Below are positions 1 through 44,870 of a stretch of DNA of 64,000 bases, in pieces. Source of the DNA: Mobula hypostoma. Its lineage: Eukaryota. Position numbers and translations under genes: made by a program. The DNA is taken from positions 37,884,001 to 37,948,000 of the forward strand of contig NC_086097.1 in assembly GCF_963921235.1 (NCBI RefSeq). The letters run 5' to 3'. The notes below the pieces were generated by a model that did no database searches, was not told the DNA's origin, and was given only the letters and a program-made list of their open reading frames with translations. Position 1 is the stretch's first letter. Every line of letters begins with the position of its first letter.

Positions 1-270
1 AAAGGACTAGTAGGACTGGAGGGTTATTATTTGTACTGTATTGCTCTCTGACTCAAACCAAAACATCAATTCTGTTTCTCTCTCCATAGATGGAGCCATT
101 TATTACCAGCATTTTCTGTTTTAATTTTGAATTCCAGTATCTGCAGTTTTTTTTTGCCTTTAGATTAATGAATTAATGTAGTAAAATGCAGACATTGCAA
201 ATTGCCTATAGTGCCAGCCTGGAACAAGCTTGATGCATAAAAATTTAATGGGTATAATGTATAGATGAGT

Positions 271-801
271 CAGTCACTCAGTCAGTGCCATCCCGAAATC
301 CATGGTTGGCGGCAATGCACCTCCATCTTCTTCGATCTTGTGACAGCACCAAGTACAGCCTCTCCTCCAGTTTGTTCTCACTGGCTGCCTTGGCACCACC
401 TGCCACCACCGCCAAACTCGAGCTCAAGGCCGTGTCGGTCTCCAACTGCAGTCGCTTCTTCGAGCTCGGCCCTTCCTTAGGCGGAGGCCTTGGGCAGGTC
501 CAGGCACACGGTGCGGCGCCCAAGTTCATCAGTCTCTTCTAACTAGGTGCATAGCATACGAATCGTAGATACGTGGTGAGGCTTTAATCTCTTCCACGGA
601 AGATGGCCGTTGGCTCACAAGGAGCTCATCCGCCCTTTGTCAGGTCTTGTTTTTTTCAGTCCTGCTGGGTGTCCTCACATCCTCCTCACCAGACTAAGTC
701 CAGTGGGGGAGCCGGCACAAGTTGCCGACCATTCGACCACGGCCCCCAGCTGAGCGCTGGGCAAATCTCTCCGAGCGTCTGGCACCCGACCGAAAACAAT
801 G
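271..801 (-). mobile_element. Short non-autonomous retroelement with RTE-like 3' end
   Basis: GC-rich island flanked by GATGAGT (264-270, 802-808); minus-strand 3' end encodes QDRRRWRCIAANHG (RTE-like DRxxWR terminus) followed by an (ACTG)n-like tail. Confidence 0.6.
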
Positions 802-1981
802 GATGAGTGGTGAAATTCTAATGATAATTATTGATCTGCTTCAGAAACTAAAGGGTGACTTGGTGTAATGGACAAACACACAAGTTAGTAGCTTGCAATC
901 AGTGATTACAAAAAAAAACTGGTTGATTGTAGAAAAGACCGCCAATACAAGCTTGAGAATGACACAAAGGCAGGAGACACCATAGAAATATAGGTCGAAG
1001 CATTAATTTACAGAGAATTATTAATATATGGCCAAAATTACAGAAAAATATATCAATGCAGGAAAACATGAGACGTTTTGTAACTAAAGAGGATAAATCA
1101 GATACATTCTAAACAGCGAAACAATGCAGATCCTACACCATCAAACAAAAAGTGTAAAATAGTCATAAATACTGACAGGTTACTGGTCTTTATATGTCAA
1201 GAACAGTGCAAAGCCTTAGATAGACTACACCAGGAATCCAAACAGCAATTCTAGGAACCAAATATGAGAACAATAAATGACACTTGAGTTGCTATAATGC
1301 TATCCGAACTCAATAAGGCTAAAGTCAAAGAAGAGATTACATGGGGTTCTGATGGAAGGTAATTGGGACCTTGTTTTAAAATGTACTGAGTGGGACCAAG
1401 GTTGGTTTTGAGAGGTTAACAGTTGAGAAGAAAGGACAGGCTGACATATATTTGACCTCCTCAACAATCACATTAATGGCTACTTATTGCATAATTTAAA
1501 TTGCAAGAGGGTTGACATTTATGAGATCAGGGCCAGGAGAGGGTAGAAGATCCAGGTAATACTGCGAGGAGCAATGAGTCATTCCATGCTTGATGAAATT
1601 GCATCAGGCACACACGGACAAATTGTAACTACAATTTCTCAGTCAAATTCCTGGACTGATGTGGCTTGATAGACAAATGGTCAATAAACACATTCCACTC
1701 CAGAGATAAAAAATTCCAAAAATGTAATGCTGATAAAAATAGTGCTGTGTATCCAAATTTTGAGGTCAGCATGTTTCAGATAATCATGAGGATATCAAAA
1801 TAGTGTTAAACAGAAAGAATAGAGTAAAAATAACCACATAAAACCACCTTCAAATGACAAACTAACCATTTGGCCCGAAAGTCTTTCTGGGATGCAATTC
1901 CCTTATGAGCAAGCATTCATCTGCAAGTTGTAGTGAACTGACATTTTAGTGACCCATTTAATTTAGTGAAATATTACATAC

Positions 1982-34760
<32,779 letters not shown>

Positions 34761-34879
34761 TTTTCGTATCTTTAATGATAATCCACTTGGTACATGACAA
34801 TATGCAAATTAATGCCTGAAGAATTAAAGAAGCATAATAAAATCCAGCAATTTTCTGCAAATTTAATAAAAAGCAGCAG

Positions 34880-35140
34880 AGCAGCATAGCGATACAGTTA
34901 TAGAACTGCTCCCTCACAGCTCTAGTGACCTGAATTCAATCCTGATCTCCAGTGCTGCTGTGGAGTTTCCACACTCTTCCCGTGAGCTTGTGGTTTTCTC
35001 CAATCCTCTCACATGCAGTATAGCAGGTTAATTAGTCACTGTAAATTGTCTCTATTGGTAAAATACAGGGGAAATTGTGGAACCTGGTTAGATTGCAGGG
35101 AAAATTATTGGGTGAATTGGATTGTTCTGTGAGCTGTCTA
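34880..35140 (+). mobile_element. Degenerate V-SINE
   Basis: GAATTCAATCC B box; TGTGGAGTTT..TCTTCCCGTG V-domain remnant. Confidence 0.6.
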
Positions 35141-35870
35141 AAATCAACTCCTCTTATATTGTAAGGAAATATGCAAATTACATCCATGACTAAGCAAAAG
35201 CTTTGGCTGGTATGATATCTTGTCCTTAAAATAATGGCCATTTCTTACTGTAAATGAAAAGAATGAAAGTTCATAGGTTAGTTGAGTTTTAGAGAGCATC
35301 ATAAATACTTGGCCTTTCCTACCTATTGAACCATGACAACAAAATTTTAAAACGCCTTTACCAACCAAACCAAATACTGCTCATGTCAAATTTCAGATGG
35401 GGGGAGGGTGGACATAGTGGGCATTTCCAACCACTAACGTTTCAATTCAACCGATCATTGCAAGGTAATCCATTCATATGAAAAGTAAGGAAAACTCAGT
35501 ACATCTTCTCAATCTCACTTCTGTTTCTCAATTTTTTTTCTTATCAGTTAAACCTTATTTGTTGTCTAAGATACAGTGATTTTTTTTTAATCTCGTGAGA
35601 CCTGAACTGCATAAGCAAATTACTGTATTGCTGATCTCCAATGGAATGTAGCAGACTGCGGAATAGATGCTTCGTGCTTACTGGCGTACCATCAAGAAGC
35701 GGGATGCTTCCAGCCACACAATGAGCTGTGACCTAAACTAAATCAGGGGACGAACACACAATAACTATGGAATTATTAAAAGAATCATTTCTGATTTCTT
35801 CTTTGTAGAATGCAGGTTCGCTACAGAAACGCCAGCCAGAGCCGAGCATGTTTTGGCCCACTATAGATAA

Positions 35871-35956
35871 AAGGTTTCGACCCGAAACGTCGACTGTTTA
35901 TTCCTCTCCATAGATGCTGCCTGACCTGCCGAGTTCCTCCAGCATTTTGTGTGTTT
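35871..35956 (+). mobile_element. Penelope-derived tail fragment (truncated hammerhead, 3' half only)
   Basis: CCCGAAACGTCGACTG...CATAGATGCTGCCTGACCTGC. Confidence 0.75.
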
Positions 35957-36348
35957 TAAATATAGTATTGTGTGCCTAAAGGCACGAAAGCGCAATGATT
36001 TCAATAAAAAATGAATAGCAAAATGGATCCAGGAAATAAATAAATAATACCGCCGAGGATAGCTGAGTCCTGGAGCCGCGGTCAAATTACCACTGTCAGA
36101 ACTCAATCCAGAGGTGAAGGGGTACACCGCGGAATACAGTGATCTATGGAAACACCCCCAAACTATTTCCTAATTCAGCAATCAACTCAACACACGAATC
36201 AATGGGGCACCCGGTAAATGCCGAAGCTACACTTTACAGACTCGCTTTTGATTGATGGTGGGGGAGAAGGAGGGTTGCAACCGGTGCAGATCAGGTCCGC
36301 GGCTTCACCTTACAAACCGCGCTAAAGATGACGAATTAAAAAAGTCAC

Positions 36349-36540
36349 CTGTCTGCACTCCCGCCTGGGATACCCGATTTCGACGCAACTTCCTTTACCC
36401 AGAGTTTTAAATGTTTCTGAAACTTAAAAGCCCTTTTCGCCGACCGGCCATTCTAAATTGCTGCGCGTCTCCGTTGTCAGGGAGCCATTTTGGTTTCCAT
36501 GGAAGAGTCAGAGGTTAAAGGTTAAGAGGCAACAGGGGCG
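36349..36540 (-). promoter_or_regulatory. LRRC9: Putative LRRC9 promoter and non-coding first exon with RFX X-box-like and YY1-like motifs
   Basis: Local CpG enrichment (about 35650-36560) in an AT-rich background, 1.6 kb upstream of the ATG exon; CAG/GTGACT donor at 36349/36348; GTTTCCATGGAAGA at 36493-36506, GTTGTCAGGGAGCC at 36473-36486, GCCATTTTG at 36484-36492. Confidence 0.6.
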
Positions 36541-36885
36541 AATCTTCGTTAAACGCAGTAGATGAAGTATATAGAATCCAAAGGAGTCTGAAATATTCTT
36601 GTTAGATTTTTTTCGAGTACTCCTAAAAAGATTTTTGTTAAATTCTTGTTGATTTTTCTAAGATAATCTTTGACGTAACGCTCAATCATTGTCAGCAAAC
36701 AGGGGTACGTAGTTAATAAAGAAATTAATCACACATTTACATTGTAAATTGAATGATGTATTCCAGTGCAAATGCTGTCTGACTAGCTTCTTGTGAATAA
36801 AAAAAAACTGCAGTTACTGCAAGGCTGAGATAAAGACAGAAAAAAATTGGAAATATTTGGCGGGTCAGATAAAATTAGTGGCAAG

Positions 36886-38287
36886 CAGACATCCCACCCT
36901 GCAAAAACTCATTTCCGGGAGGTAGCACCCCGCCCCCCGGTTCGGCTTCCAAGGGTGTATGTAATACTTTGTTCAGTGACTTTGTCTAATCTGTAAACCA
37001 AGTTGGGTATATGCAGAAAATGTGACATTAAAATATGTAATTATATTATCATGTTTATTCTATTACAACTTTAAGCAAGTCTACAGGGAGTTTGGCCTCA
37101 TCACGTAGGACATCAATAGCGTAGCTCCTCAGCAGCCAGCCAGCTAGTTTAAATAACGTTAGCTATGCTAATGAACTAATGACACCTGTACAATTTACAT
37201 GTCTTTTACATTTTAACCCACCATGGGCAATAGAAAAGTCATTGTTGCAAACAGTGCAGCGAGCAACACTGTCATTATTTTTGAGGTCGACTGTAAAGCC
37301 CGTCCACAGAGAAAACTGATAGGTCTACTTAGCAGGGGTCCCCAACCTTTGTTTGCACGGGGGGGGACCGGTTTAACATTGACAATATTCTTGCGAACCG
37401 GCCGACGGGGGGGAGGGGATTGTTAATCACGACCGGAATATAAGTGATTAGTCAACTATAAGTCATTTATAAGTGGCTAATGCAACTCAATTTTGTTTCT
37501 AAAAGGGTTTACAGTATCTAACGAATTTAATATTAAACACACAGCGCATATTTTCCTCGCATGATAAGTTAATTATAAGTCATTAGCATCATAACATTTT
37601 AAGTAACATTTGGATATTAAACACACAGTGCATATTTTCCTCGTATGAACATATAAAATCATTGCAACACACCAATATTGCTGAATCAGTGGGGGCCCTG
37701 GGCTTGTTTTCCTGCAACAAGACGGTACCATCGAGGGGTGATGGGATACGGCGATACTCGAAGGGGATTCCGTATGTCCAGTCTATTCCGCAATTTTACT
37801 TTCGTTGCATTCATTGCAGAAAACCCCGCTTCGCAGAGATATGTTGGAAATGGAAGCAACGTTTTCAGTGCTTTCGTGGCTATCGCAGGATATTCAGCCT
37901 TGACTTTGATCCAGAATGCCGGCAGAGATGTTATGTCAAACATACTTTTCAGCCCAGCGTCATTTGCAAGCTCGAGGAGTTGATCTTCCCGCGCTAACAT
38001 GGATGACCGTGCGAAATGACCTCACGTGCGTTCAAGTTCTACAGTGAGCGTGACGGGGAATGAGGGAAAAGTGCAGCTGACTCATATCGCCAAATTATAT
38101 CGTTTCCTCACGGCCCGGTGGTTGGGGACCAATCTTAGCATGAAGAGAGACCAATCAGGATGCTCGCTCTCCCTCTCCCTCTCAAAAAAATTGATTTCTG
38201 GGATATTGTATATAATTTCTGGGCATCAGGGAGCCACTATCGATATGCGGGAGACTCCCGGAACTTCCGGGAGAGGTGGGATGTCTG
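36886..38287 (-). mobile_element. Non-autonomous DNA transposon with 6-bp TSD, copy 1
   Basis: TIR CAGACATCCCACC / GGTGGGATGTCTG; GGCAAG on both sides; retains the zinc-finger remnant seen in copy 2. Confidence 0.85.
37333..38131 (-). mobile_element. hAT-Charlie/Buster deletion derivative nested in the 6-bp-TSD element
   Basis: CAGGGGTCCCCAACC and GGTTGGGGACC ends; FWIKVKAEYPAIATKALKTLLPFPTYLCEAGFS (Buster dimerization region). Confidence 0.88.
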
Positions 38288-38384
38288 GGCAAGAGTAACA
38301 GAATTAGCGTCCATAAAAATAGAAAAGTAAAAATAATTTAGAGCAGCGAAGAGAGGGTATGGGAGGATTCGAATGAAATATCAT

Positions 38385-39720
38385 GGAATCGTCTAAGACA
38401 GAAACAGGCCATTTTGCCCCACTTCAACCTCGCAATGCCTGACTATTGCTAATCTCATTTGCCCATATTAGGTCCATAGCCCTCCCATTTCTTTCCTATC
38501 CAAGGACCTGTCCAAATCTCTTTTAAACATTTAAATGTATCTGCCTCCACCAATTCCTCTGACAGGTCATGTTGGGTACTCACCACGCTTTGGAAAAACA
38601 TAGAAAAACATCCCCATACCCATTCCTTTAAATTTCTTCCCTCTCACCTTTAATCTGTACCCTTTTCTAAACAGTCCTGCTCTGTGAAAATAATCCCTAT
38701 CTAGTTCTTTAATTTCAATAAGCATCCCTCAGTCTTCTACATTTCATGGCTTTCCAAGCTCTCCCTATAACAAAGGTCCTCCATTCCATGCAGCATCCTG
38801 GTGAAGACACAAGATGTTGGAGTCTGCAGCAACACATGGGATGCTGGGGGAGCTTAGTAGATCAGGCAACATGTGTGGAGGGAAATGGATAGTCTCCATT
38901 TTGGGTCAAAACCAATATTTTGTACATCTGCAATGTGACATCCCAACTCATACTTAATACCTCAACCTATGAAGGCAAACATACCAAATGCCTTTTTCTT
39001 CACCCTGTCAATCAATTTTCATCACTTTCGGAGATCAATGAACTTGCAAACCTGTATATTAATGATGTCCTAAGATCCCTGACACTATATGTTCTCCTTG
39101 AATTTGGCTCCCCAAAATACATTACAGTACCTCACTTTTGTCTTGATTAAATTACATGTGCCACCACTTCATCCAACTGTTCGGTTTATCTATGTCTCAT
39201 TGTATCATTAGGCAACCTTCTTTGCTAAGTACAACTCCACCAATTTTTTTGTGTTGATTTCAAACCCACTAATCATTCCACCTACATTTTCATCCTTGTC
39301 ATTTTCATGTATTTTAAATAACAAAGATCAAAGCGCTCATCCCTTGTTAGAGAATTCCTTAAAAAATACCCATTCATCATTACCTGCTATCTCCTAATAC
39401 CAAACTAATTTTATAATCAGTTTGCAAACATGCCTAGAGTTCTGTTGTTCCTTAACCTTCTTGTGCCAGCTTACCAAGCAAAATTTTTGCCAAAAGCTTT
39501 ACTAGGTCCAAGTATACCACTCCTACCACTTTGCCTTTTTCAACTTTCATTTTCACTTCCTAAAAAAAAACTCAGATTTGGATATGTAGAGTAATCTCCT
39601 GTGCACAAAACCATATACACTCCCCCAGTCATTACCTGCCTTTCCAAGAGAACATAAATCCCGTCCATCAGAATTTTCTCCAACAACTTTGCTATCACTG
39701 ATGTAAGACTCAGTTCCCAG
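38385..39720 (-). mobile_element. Decayed CR1 LINE fragments
   Basis: Degenerate CR1 3' tail and RT remnants on the minus strand. Confidence 0.55.
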
Positions 39721-39957
39721 ACTTAATCCTACTGCACCAAAAGGCCATGGGAATAAGTTGTAGAAGATCAATGCAGGCTGTTAGAGACAGAGAACACAAC
39801 AAAGGAACATAATTGTTGTGAAATACAGAGATGTAGGAAATGTCCTGCAGTCTATGCTTATCTAGAGAGAAAAGCCGAGGCAATATTTCAAACGAATATC
39901 ATACTACGTAATTAACCAGTTCTTATATATCAATGTCCAGTGATCCATCAGTTAAAA

Positions 39958-40410
39958 ACTATACTATACTTTATGCTTCATTGTCGCCAAACAATTGATA
40001 CTAGAACGTACAATCATCACAGCGATATTTGATTCTGTGCTTCCCACTCCCTGGATTACAAATATTAAATATTAACATAGTAAAAATAGTAAAAATTAGT
40101 AAATATTAAAAATTTAAATTATAAATCATAAATAGAAAATAGAAAAATGGGAAGTAAGGTAGTGCAAAAAAAAACCGAGAGGCAGGTCCGGATATTTGGA
40201 GGGTATGGCCCAGATCCAGGTCAGGATTTGTTCAGCAGTCTTATCACAGTTGGAAAGAAGCTGTTCCCAAATCTGGCCGTATGAGTCTTCAAGCTCCTGA
40301 GCCTTCTCCCGGAGGGAAGAGGGACAAAAAGTGTGTTGGCTGGGTGGATCGTGTCCTTGATTATCATGGCAGCACTGCTCCGACAGCGTGTGGTGTAAAG
40401 TGAGTCCAAG
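39958..40410 (-). mobile_element. Rex1-type LINE 3' end with (TATAG)n tail
   Basis: HPANTLFVPLPSGRRLRSLKTHTARFGNSFFPTVIRLLN. Confidence 0.8.
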
Positions 40411-41931
40411 GATGGAAGATTAAAAAAAAGTAAAAAGATTAGAATAAAAATAAATAGATAAAACAAGTAAATCAATTATGTATATTGAACAGATTTTTAA
40501 AAACGTGCAAAAACAGAAATACTGTATATTAAAAAAAAGTGAGGTTGTGACCAAAGATTCAATGTCCAGTTAGGAATCAGGTGGCAGAGGGGAAGAAGTT
40601 GTTTCTGAATCACTGAGTGTGTGCCTTCAGGCTTCCGTACCTCCTACCTGATGGTGACAGTGAGAAAAGGGCATGCCCTGGGTGCTGGAGGTCCTTAATA
40701 ATGGACACACCTTTCTGAGACACTGCTCCCTGAAGATGTCCTGGGTATTTTGTAGGCTAGTGCCCAAGATGGAACTGACTAGATTTACAACCGACTGCAG
40801 CTTCTTTCGGTCCTGTGCAGTAGCCCCTCCATACCAGACAGTGATACAGCCTGTCTCCACAATACAAATATAGAAGTTTCTGAGTGTATTTGTTGACATG
40901 CCAAATCTCTTCCAACTCCTAATGAAGTGTAGCTGCTGCCTTGCCTTCTTTATAACTGCATCGATATGTTGGGACCAGGTTAGATCCTCAGAGTTCTGGA
41001 CACTGAGAAACTTGGAGCTGCTCACTCTCTCCACTTCTGATCCCTCTATGAGGATTGGTATGTGTTCCTTCATCTTACCCTTCCTGAAGTCCACAATCAG
41101 CTCTTTTGTCTTACTGACGTTGAGTGCCAGGTTGTTGCTGTGGCATCAGTCCATCAGTTGGCATATCTCACTTCTGTACACCCTCTCATCACCACCTGAG
41201 ACTCTACCAACAGTGGTTGTATCATCAGCAAATTTATAGATGGTATTTGAGCTATGCCTAGCCACACAGTCATGTGTATATAGAGAGTAGAGCAGTGGGC
41301 TAAGCATACACCCCTGAGGTGCGCCAGTGTTGATCGTCAGTGAGGAGGATACGTTATCACCAATCCCCACAGATTGTGGTTTTCCAGTTAGGAAGTCCAG
41401 GATCCAATTACAGAGGGAGGTACAGGGGCCCAGGTTCTGCAACTTTTCAAGCAGGATTGTGGGGATGATGGTATTAAATGCTGAGCTATAGTCAATGAAC
41501 AGCATCCTGACGTAGGTGTTTGTGTTGTCCAGGTGGTCTAAAGCCGTGTGGAGAGCCATTGAGATTGCATCTGCCGTTGACCTATTGTGATGAAAGGCAA
41601 AATGCAGTGGGTCCAGTTCCTTGCTGAGGCAAGAGTTCGGTCTAGTCATGACCAACCTCTCAAAGCATTTCATCACTGTCGATGTGAGTGCTACCGGGCG
41701 ATAGTCATTAAGGCAGCCCACATTATTCTTCTTAGGCACTGGTATAATTGTTGCCTTTCTGAAGCAAGTGGGAACTTCCACACATAGCAGTGAGAGGTTG
41801 AAAATGTCCTTGAATACTCCCGCTAGTTGGTTGGCACAAGTTTTCAGAGCCGTACCAGGTACTCCATTGGGACCTTGCGAGGGTTCACTTTCTTTAAAGA
41901 CAGTCTAACATCGGTCTCTGAGATGGAGATC

Positions 41932-43442
41932 CAGACATCCCACCCTGCAAAAATTCATTTCAGGGAGGTAGCACCATCAATTTGTGGGAGACTCCCGGAA
42001 CTTCCGGGAGAGGTGGGATGTCTGCAATACCGTAGCTCCTTAGCAGCTAGCCAGCTAGTTTAAATAACGTTAGCTATACTAATGAACGAATGACATCTGT
42101 TAAACTCACCCCAACATGTCTTTTACAGTCTTAACCCACCATGGGCAATAGAAAAGTCACTGTTGCAAACAGTGCAGCGAGCAACACTGTCATTATTTTT
42201 GACTCCTATTAAGCAGGGGTACACTTCAGTGTAGTCTGGGGTGACGTACGTTTTATATTTTCTTTTTTTGGAACACTCTGCCATGGCGCTCTCTCTCTCT
42301 CTCGCACTCTCTCTCACGCTCTCTCTCTCACTCTCTCTGATGCTGTCTCTCACTCTCTCTCACGCACTCTCTCTCCCTCTCACGCTCTCTGTCACGCGCT
42401 CTCTCTCGTGCGCACTCTTTCTCTCGTGGTCTCTCTTGCACTCACTCTCTCTCTCATGGTCGCTCTAGCTCTCTCTCGCGCTCTCTCTCTCTCTCGTGCT
42501 GTCTCTCACGCTCTCTTTCATGCGCTCTCTCTCCCTCTCACGCTTTCTCTCACGTGCTCTCTCTCTCGCGCGCTCTTTCTCTTGTGGTCTCTCTCGCTCG
42601 TTCTCTCTCTCATGGTCGCTCTCACTCTCTCTCGCGCGCTCTCTCTCTCGCGCTCTCTCTCTCTCGTGCTGTCTCTCACACTCTCTTTCTCTCACTCTCT
42701 CTCACGCGCTCTCTCTCCCTCTCATGCTCTCTCTCTCGCGTGTGCTCTTCCTTTCATGGTCTCTCTCTCGCGTGTGCTCTTTCTTTCATGGTCTCTCTTG
42801 CGCTCGCTCTCTCTCGTTGTCTCTCTTGCACTCGCTCTCTCTCTCGTGCTCTCTCTATCCTGGTCGCTCTCTCTCTCGTTGTCTCTCTTGCGCTCGCTCT
42901 CTCGCGCACTCTTTCTCTTGTTGTCTCTCTTGCTCGCTCTCTCTCATGGTCGCTCTCGCTCTCTCTCTCACACTCTCTCTCTCACTCTCTCTCCCTCTCA
43001 CGCTCTCTCTCTTGCGTGTGCTCTTTCTCTCATGGTCTCTCTCGCGCTCGCTCTCTCTCGTTGTCTCTCTTGCGCTCGCTCTCTCGCGCGCTCTTTCTCT
43101 TGTCTCTCTCGCTCGCCCTCTCTCTCATGGTCGCTCTCGCTCTCTCTCTCACGCTCTCTCTCTCACTCTCTCTCATGCGCTCTCTCTCCCTCTCACGCTC
43201 TCTCTCTTGCGTGTGCTCTTTCTCTCATGGTCTCTCTCGCGCTCGCTCTCTCTCGTTGTCTCTCTTGCACTCGCTCTCTCTCTCGTGCTCTCTCTCGTGC
43301 TCTCTCTCGTGGTCGCTCTCGCATGCTCTCTCGCTCTCAAAAAAATTGGTTTCCGGGACATTGTATACAATTTGCGGGCATCAGGGAGCCACTATTAATA
43401 TGCGGGAGACTCCCGGAACTTCCGGGAGAGGTGGGATGTCTG
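41932..43442 (-). mobile_element. Non-autonomous DNA transposon with 6-bp TSD, copy 2
   Basis: Same TIRs as copy 1; GAGATC at 41926-41931 and 43443-43448; N-terminal MAECSKKRKY...ARCTVCNSDFSIAHGG remnant. Confidence 0.88.
42289..43338. repeat. About 1-kb degenerate (CT)n-based satellite
   Basis: CT runs interrupted by recurring CG, CA, ATGG and GTTG units. Confidence 0.95.
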
Positions 43443-43501
43443 GAGATCACAGGGTCATCAGGTGCAGCAGGGATCTTCACAGCTGTTGTTGTGTTCTCCC
43501 T

Positions 43502-44377
43502 TTGCACTTTCAAAGTGCCGAAAAGAGAGAGAAAGAGAGAGAGAGACGAAGATTACTGGTTGGACTGTCCTGTTAGGGCACGGGAGGTAACTTTGGATTT
43601 CTACTTTGGAGATAACACCGAGCAGCTCGAAGGTTGCTATGGTGACCGACAGCACATTATTGATGTTACTTTCAAGGACTTGTTGCCTGCTTGCATTTCT
43701 TTACAGACAAAGGAAGGAGGGACTCTTTGAATGACAGGTGATGCTCAGCATGGGGAGATAAATAGGAGGTCAGATGATACAGACCTCAGACACATGATCT
43801 GGACACTGAATGAGCATTGTTGTGCCCACAGAGAAAGTGGGTTTTTGGAGGATCGATCAGGCAGATTGATCCGTGGCTCTTGCAGTGAAAATTCAAAGGC
43901 AAGACCGGTGGGGAGTTGTCCATGTGTCCGACCCTTGCCTGGGTAGATAGCTCACCACACCGAAATACGGTCCCCTTTGTTGTTAAGTCACAGTCGGTGA
44001 CTTGTGAAGGATTTCGGAGGACGACGAGAAGATCGACGGCAACAGCTCGCCTGAAGACTCAACTCACTCTCTCTCTCTCTCTCTCCATCACTATTCAACT
44101 AAATACCACGAACTGAACTGAACTTTACTCAACATCGTAAGACTGTATCTTTTTACCCCTAGACTTAAAGAAGCTTGGTTTTTCATACGTATATTTCCAC
44201 ACTTACTGATTTACTTACTTATATATATAAAATCATTGCTAACCTGCTTGATTTATTTACATTTATATTACTGTATTGCTTAGTTACTAATAAATACTAT
44301 TAGTTTATAGCAATACTGGACTCCAAAGTGTTTTCCATCTCTGCTGGTTCTTTATTCCCGTCACAGGGTACGTGACA
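43502..44377 (+). mobile_element. Left-truncated LTR related to the 22440-23289 solo LTR
   Basis: Right end reverse-complements to TGTCACGTACCCTGTGACGGG...ACCAGCAGAGATGGA, similar to TGTTACGTACCCCGTAACTGGG...ACCAGCAGAAATGGA. Confidence 0.75.
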
Positions 44378-44870
44378 CTTCGTAGGAAGTAATGTCTTGC
44401 AGACCCTGCCAGAGTTGCCGTGCATCCAATGTCACCTCCAAGCTCATTTGGAATTGTATATACTGATTCATCACAGCCTTTAGTTTGGTCTACAACGGTG
44501 GAGTGGTGTTGTCAGCAAATTTGAATATGGCATTGGAGCTGTGCGTAGCCACACAATCATAGGTGTAAAGCGAGTAGAACAGGGGGCTAAGCACAGAGTC
44601 TTGTGATGGAGACTGGGGAGATGTTGACTGAACTGACCGGGGTCTGCAAGTGATGAAATTGACGATCCAGTTGCACAGGGAGGTATTAAGGCCAAGGTCT
44701 TTAATTGTTTGGTAAAATTCATTTCCCCTAGAAGATACTGATGCAATTGCCATCATAGAAACCATCACTGTCTGGTTTGGTATAACCAGCTTTCACAAGG
44801 TATGAAAACTAGAACAAACCATCAGGACAGCAGAAAAGGTCATTGGCTGCAGACTACCATCACTGCAGGA

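Larger units (their letters stand above)
40437..44455 (-). mobile_element. Rex1/Babar LINE hosting nested insertions
   Basis: RT ORFs 41146-41781 ([24 protein letters not shown]) and 40627-41094; LINE sequence resumes at 43449-43500 and 44378-44455. Confidence 0.9.

Noticed and set aside
278..529. Minus-strand 83-aa ORF as the next LRRC9 exon
   Set aside because: No resemblance to the expected LRRC9 continuation and it lies inside a TSD-flanked repeat
489..532. Minus-strand CTGATGA followed by a CTTGGGC/GCCCAAG stem, as a possible hammerhead
   Set aside because: No GAAA box after the stem and no stem I/III partner
37530..37648. 36-bp direct repeat pair
   Set aside because: Only two copies, internal to the Charlie element; ordinary subterminal duplication, not an array
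42408..43730. Long overlapping ORFs of 300-440 aa
   Set aside because: Artefacts of the stop-free CT satellite (Leu/Ser/Arg repeats in all frames)
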